Virus record (IMG/VR): IMGVR_UViG_3300037780_000077 | Span: 1 to 28,328 of that record | DNA: 28,328 nucleotides | Reading direction: 5' to 3' (one strand) | Source of the DNA: a virus | Lineage: Duplodnaviria; Caudoviricetes | In this document: in pieces, positions 24,739 to 28,328 of the stretch | How positions within the stretch are numbered: position 1 is the first letter of the stretch | Layout: every line of letters begins with the position of its first letter | Program-made: the position numbers and the translations under genes | Notes under the pieces: model-generated | Database searches by the model: none | Told to the model about the DNA's origin: nothing | What the model saw: the letters and a program-made list of their open reading frames with translations, nothing else

Positions 24739-26961
24739 TTAGTTTGCCTTTATGCGATCGCCGACGTGCGTGACGATGTAGTTGCCTGAGTCATCGATCA
24801 GCAGAGGGTCGGTGCTCACACTGAACAGGTCTTTGCATACCGCAGTAATTGTAGTGATGTCGGCGATCTGGGAACGGGTTTCGGGAACAGATTTCACGCA
24901 CAGGCTGTTGCCCGCAGCGATGATCGAATCGGTGATCGGCGACAGGTTCGCTTGCGGAATGATGTAGACCCAATCGTCGATCGCGTGGGCCTCGGCCGCG
25001 GTGCCCTTGCGGGCACGGATCATGTCGTTGATCTGGTAGCGGCGACCGCGGCAGGTCCAGACGGCCGTGCCGTCCTCGACGGTCTCGCCGACCTTGCGGG
25101 GCCACACGGGTTCGGTCGCGCCGGTTGTGCCCGCGGTCGTACACTCGTAGCGAAGCCCATTGGTAAGGGAAGGAATCACATAGTTGGTCAGGGACTTGGC
25201 CGTAGATGCCGCCCACGCGGTTTCTGACTGCACCGAAAGGCTGCGAACGAAGAAGACCTCGTCGTTAATCAGGGCGACCTGCTCTCCCGCCTGCCAGCCC
25301 GGATCGTCTCCGGTGAGGTCGAGCACCGTTCGATCCACAAGGCCGTTGGCGTCCTCGAACACGGGCCCGGTTGTGATCGTGTCGGCCGTGCTCGCCGAGA
25401 TGGTCGATTCAATCTGCCCGCCGATCGCGGGGTTGGCCTGGGTGCCGATCAGTTTGTAGTTCGAGCCCGCGTCGATGCTGCCGTAGATGTTGCCCTCCAC
25501 GACCTCTTGGTGCGCCGGGATGCGGAAGACCACGATCGCGGGCACGCTGCTGTCCTCGGCCGGGAGTTGAACGAAGCTAAACGCCAGATCGTTCTCGACA
25601 TCGTATCGAGCTTCCAAGACCGGCGTGTCCTGTTCGTCGGCGATCTCAGGCACCGAGTAGACATCGACGATCGCCTCGATCTCGACCTTGGGAGAGTCGT
25701 GGATCGGTCGCATTGAGATCACTCGCATCTGCCCAAACGAGTGCTGGAAGACCTTGCCCGCTCGAAGCAAAGCAGCGCCCCGCAGAACCTCGAACTTGAC
25801 GCTGATCGTCTGACTCAGGGACTCTTGCTCGCGACGATTGGCGACCTTCTTGGCGATGTCGGGATGCGTGACAAAGCCGAGGTCGATCTCTTCTGGCGAG
25901 ATCGCGTTGCGGGAGTCGCGATCGGCCGCGTCTTGGCTGGGCACGTCGAAGATGCGGTAGTTTTCAAGCTCGTTCGAGTAGCCGAAGATGAGCAGGTTGG
26001 CCGTCTTGCGTCCTCGCCATACCTGACGTTCTGCGTTCGGGGGAGAGATCACGTCATCGCTCAGCGTCGGCGTGTCCACCGTAGGCGTCCGCATCGCTTC
26101 GACCAGCAGCCGGTTGTCGTGTTGGGAAACAAACGCGCCGCAGTCAAGGGCCAGCGATTGCAGGAGCGTCGAGACGGTCTCGCCCGCTTCCCCGAGCAGG
26201 TTCATCGGCAGGTGCTCGGACTGCATGACCTCGCCAAAGGCCTCGATCGATGTCTGGTCAATGTCGCCAAGAGCAAGGCCCGCTCCATAGCCCGCAGAAC
26301 CTCGCATGAGGATGAAGGCCAAGTGCGCCGGGTTGTAGCCGACGCTGGCTGTGTCGTCGAGTTCGAGGTCCGAGTCTTCGAGCGACTGCTGGATGCACAA
26401 GGCCTTGGCGACGTACTCGACCGTGGGCCAATTGGGACTGCCCCCGAGGTTCACGTCCTTCCAGAACACCGAGAGCACACCTGGCCAGCCCGAGCGAATC
26501 CCTGTGGCCTGCACAAGCGGCTCGAAGGGCTCTTGGTCCAGTTCGCCCCAGAAGACATAGAAGGTGCCCTTGCCCGCAATCGTGACGGCCGTGCCGGAAG
26601 GATGCGTGTCGCTGGTAAGCTCGCCGCTCCACACGATCTCGTTGTTGAAACGAATCTCATACAGGCCGATGCCTGCGCCGACGCTGAGTAGGTGCCAGCC
26701 GTCCTCGAACCACTCCTGAAACGAACCGCCGCCGCCCTTTTTGCCGCCGCCCCCGGCGCTGCGAGACTTGCGATTGCCCGCCCACGCAAAGACGTGACCG
26801 ATCTTTCTTTTGCCAATCAGCAGAGGAACGTAAGAGCCGCGGGTAGCGAGCGTGGTCGGAGTGTCTTCCCCGAGGTTGCCCTTCTTGGACTTGGGGCGCA
26901 GCAGGTAGCTCGACAGGATCGAGAGGCCTACGCCGATCGCAAAGAGAGCAAGGTTACCCAT
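24739..26961 (-). CDS. Tail tip / host-specificity protein (GTA-like, Phage-tail_3-like)
   Basis: Hydrophobic N-terminus, YVPLLIG, GGGGKKGGGG, YNPAH and RARKGT; follows NlpC/P60 and DUF2163 genes. Confidence 0.8.
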   Translation of the reverse strand: MGNLALFAIGVGLSILSSYLLRPKSKKGNLGEDTPTTLATRGSYVPLLIGKRKIGHVFAWAGNRKSRSAGGGGKKGGGGSFQEWFEDGWHLLSVGAGIGLYEIRFNNEIVWSGELTSDTHPSGTAVTIAGKGTFYVFWGELDQEPFEPLVQATGIRSGWPGVLSVFWKDVNLGGSPNWPTVEYVAKALCIQQSLEDSDLELDDTASVGYNPAHLAFILMRGSAGYGAGLALGDIDQTSIEAFGEVMQSEHLPMNLLGEAGETVSTLLQSLALDCGAFVSQHDNRLLVEAMRTPTVDTPTLSDDVISPPNAERQVWRGRKTANLLIFGYSNELENYRIFDVPSQDAADRDSRNAISPEEIDLGFVTHPDIAKKVANRREQESLSQTISVKFEVLRGAALLRAGKVFQHSFGQMRVISMRPIHDSPKVEIEAIVDVYSVPEIADEQDTPVLEARYDVENDLAFSFVQLPAEDSSVPAIVVFRIPAHQEVVEGNIYGSIDAGSNYKLIGTQANPAIGGQIESTISASTADTITTGPVFEDANGLVDRTVLDLTGDDPGWQAGEQVALINDEVFFVRSLSVQSETAWAASTAKSLTNYVIPSLTNGLRYECTTAGTTGATEPVWPRKVGETVEDGTAVWTCRGRRYQINDMIRARKGTAAEAHAIDDWVYIIPQANLSPITDSIIAAGNSLCVKSVPETRSQIADITTITAVCKDLFSVSTDPLLIDDSGNYIVTHVGDRIKAN

Positions 26962-27496
26962 GAGTTGCAGTTCCTGTCCAAGAGGCCTTATCTCTGGGCC
27001 GGTAGATCTTCAGCACGCGGCCGAGGCCGCATGTCAGAGACCCCCAGACGACGCCGGTGCTCGGTAACGTGTGGATGACCTGACCCTTTCGGATGCCCGC
27101 CATCATAACATGGCCCTCCCAGTCAGGGCCTCGATCGCCGGGGACCGATCGGGTTACGATGAGGTCACCGGGTTCGATGCTCGACTCGACCTCGTCAAGC
27201 GGGTAGTTGCGACGGAAGGCAAAGACCAACTCCTTGCCCTCGGGACCGCAGATCCCCGCGTTCGTGTTGATGAATGGCATCGGGGTCGGGGCCGCTCTGC
27301 GATAGAGCGTGTCTAGGATCTCCGCAATGAGCGTGTAGCAACTTACGCCGTCCCCAAGCCCTCTTTGGTGGGCTGAGTACCTCGTGCCGATCCAAGGCCG
27401 TTGAGCGGTGTCCACGGCCGCGAGAATCTCAGGGCCCAGACGACGCCACGAGACGCAGTTCTTGCACTTTCTGCAGTTGAACCGTTTACTCTTCAA
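26954..27496 (-). CDS. NlpC/P60 family tail-associated peptidase
   Basis: WIGTRY...GVSCYTLI (catalytic Cys), PGDLIV, GHVMM, VIH; canonical gene position. Start uncertain (TTG). Confidence 0.78.
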   Translation of the reverse strand: MKSKRFNCRKCKNCVSWRRLGPEILAAVDTAQRPWIGTRYSAHQRGLGDGVSCYTLIAEILDTLYRRAAPTPMPFINTNAGICGPEGKELVFAFRRNYPLDEVESSIEPGDLIVTRSVPGDRGPDWEGHVMMAGIRKGQVIHTLPSTGVVWGSLTCGLGRVLKIYRPRDKASWTGTATHG

Positions 27497-28328
27497 AGAC
27501 AGGGTTCCTTGTAGGCATAGAGAAGCCCAAGCCCAAGAAGCGGGCCTCGTTATCCCAGACGGTTCGGCAGGTCGAAAGGTTGCCGTCGCAGCCGGGCGTG
27601 AGCGTGATCGTCTCCCCGATCCACGACGGAGGGGGGATCTCGCGAAGCAGAAGCTCGACGACGGGGTCGGGGTTGGTGCCGGGGCTCAGCACCTGGCGGA
27701 TGACCGAACGCGCCCCATCGACATCGACATAGCCCCGACGCCAGCGGGCGTTCTGCATGTTCGGGGAGTCTGCGATCGAGACCTCAATATGGTTGGGGAA
27801 CTTCTCGCTCGTCGAAAGCACTTCCCCTGTGAGGATCTCGGCCGAGATGTCTTTCTGGCACCGGAAGTCACCGAGCGAGTTGATGCAGGTCGTGAGGCAG
27901 GGTAAGCCAACGGCCGCTTCTTGGAGACGTGACTTCAGGCCGAGAACGTCGATGCGCACAATGTTCTCGTTGCCCGCGGGGTTTTCTCGGATCGCGCCGA
28001 AAGTTCCTTTGTACACGTTGCGCAGCGACGAGTCGGTGCCGGGAGCGACCTCTTGGATGATCGCCGTGACCGGGGCGTGAATGTAAGGCGAGAGCAGTGA
28101 CGGCACGGGCTCGACAGAGGCGTCCATTGTGATGACCGCTTTTTCATCATCGAACCCTCCGCCGATTGGATCGAGTTCGTAGGTGAGCGACGGCATCGAA
28201 ACAAAGGCATTGCCCGAGATCGTGAGGTCGTAGTCCCACCGACAAAAGCGATAGGTCAGCGAGCCGCTCAGTAGCGTGAGCAGCATCGCGTGCGGGGCTT
28301 GGCTTGCGGTATGGAGGATGCTTTGGGT
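27486..28328 (-). CDS. DUF2163 / phage BR0599 family tail protein (start at 28286 or just beyond the right edge)
   Basis: CINSLGDFRC and LTPGCDGNLSTCRTVWDNEARFLG; frame is open upstream of ATG 28286 to the window edge. Confidence 0.85.
   Translation of the reverse strand, partial: TQSILHTASQAPHAMLLTLLSGSLTYRFCRWDYDLTISGNAFVSMPSLTYELDPIGGGFDDEKAVITMDASVEPVPSLLSPYIHAPVTAIIQEVAPGTDSSLRNVYKGTFGAIRENPAGNENIVRIDVLGLKSRLQEAAVGLPCLTTCINSLGDFRCQKDISAEILTGEVLSTSEKFPNHIEVSIADSPNMQNARWRRGYVDVDGARSVIRQVLSPGTNPDPVVELLLREIPPPSWIGETITLTPGCDGNLSTCRTVWDNEARFLGLGFSMPTRNPVFEE

Overview
A 28 kb segment of a GC-rich tailed dsDNA phage genome, probably a siphovirus. No integrase or host housekeeping genes are visible. 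From left to right: (i) a minus-strand replication module (family A DNA polymerase N-terminus truncated at the window edge, probable SSB, SNF2-like helicase, Cas4/RecB-like PD-(D/E)XK nuclease, primase-helicase), with a structured non-coding gap at 3661-4001 holding an atypical tRNA-like element; (ii) about 20 small minus-strand accessory/early genes (8.9-16.2 kb), including DUF1643, an ArdA-like acidic protein, a CsrA-domain/HTH fusion and a tandem-HTH protein; (iii) a repeat-rich non-coding region (16.3-17.1 kb); (iv) three cassette-like genes each preceded by the same 21-bp motif (17.1-19.2 kb); (v) a divergent plus-strand unit (DUF3268, CsrA, hypotheticals, an extremely acidic protein, terminase large subunit); (vi) the convergent end of a GTA-like tail-tip operon (DUF2163/BR0599, NlpC/P60, tail tip protein, small fibre-like protein). 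The most interesting signals are a possible phage CsrA translational-control circuit with GGA-loop Shine-Dalgarno hairpins, the tRNA-like RNA with an adjacent structured RNA, an internal promoter plus in-frame start inside the nuclease gene, and the motif-punctuated early cassettes. All family calls come from recognising motifs by eye, not from database searches.
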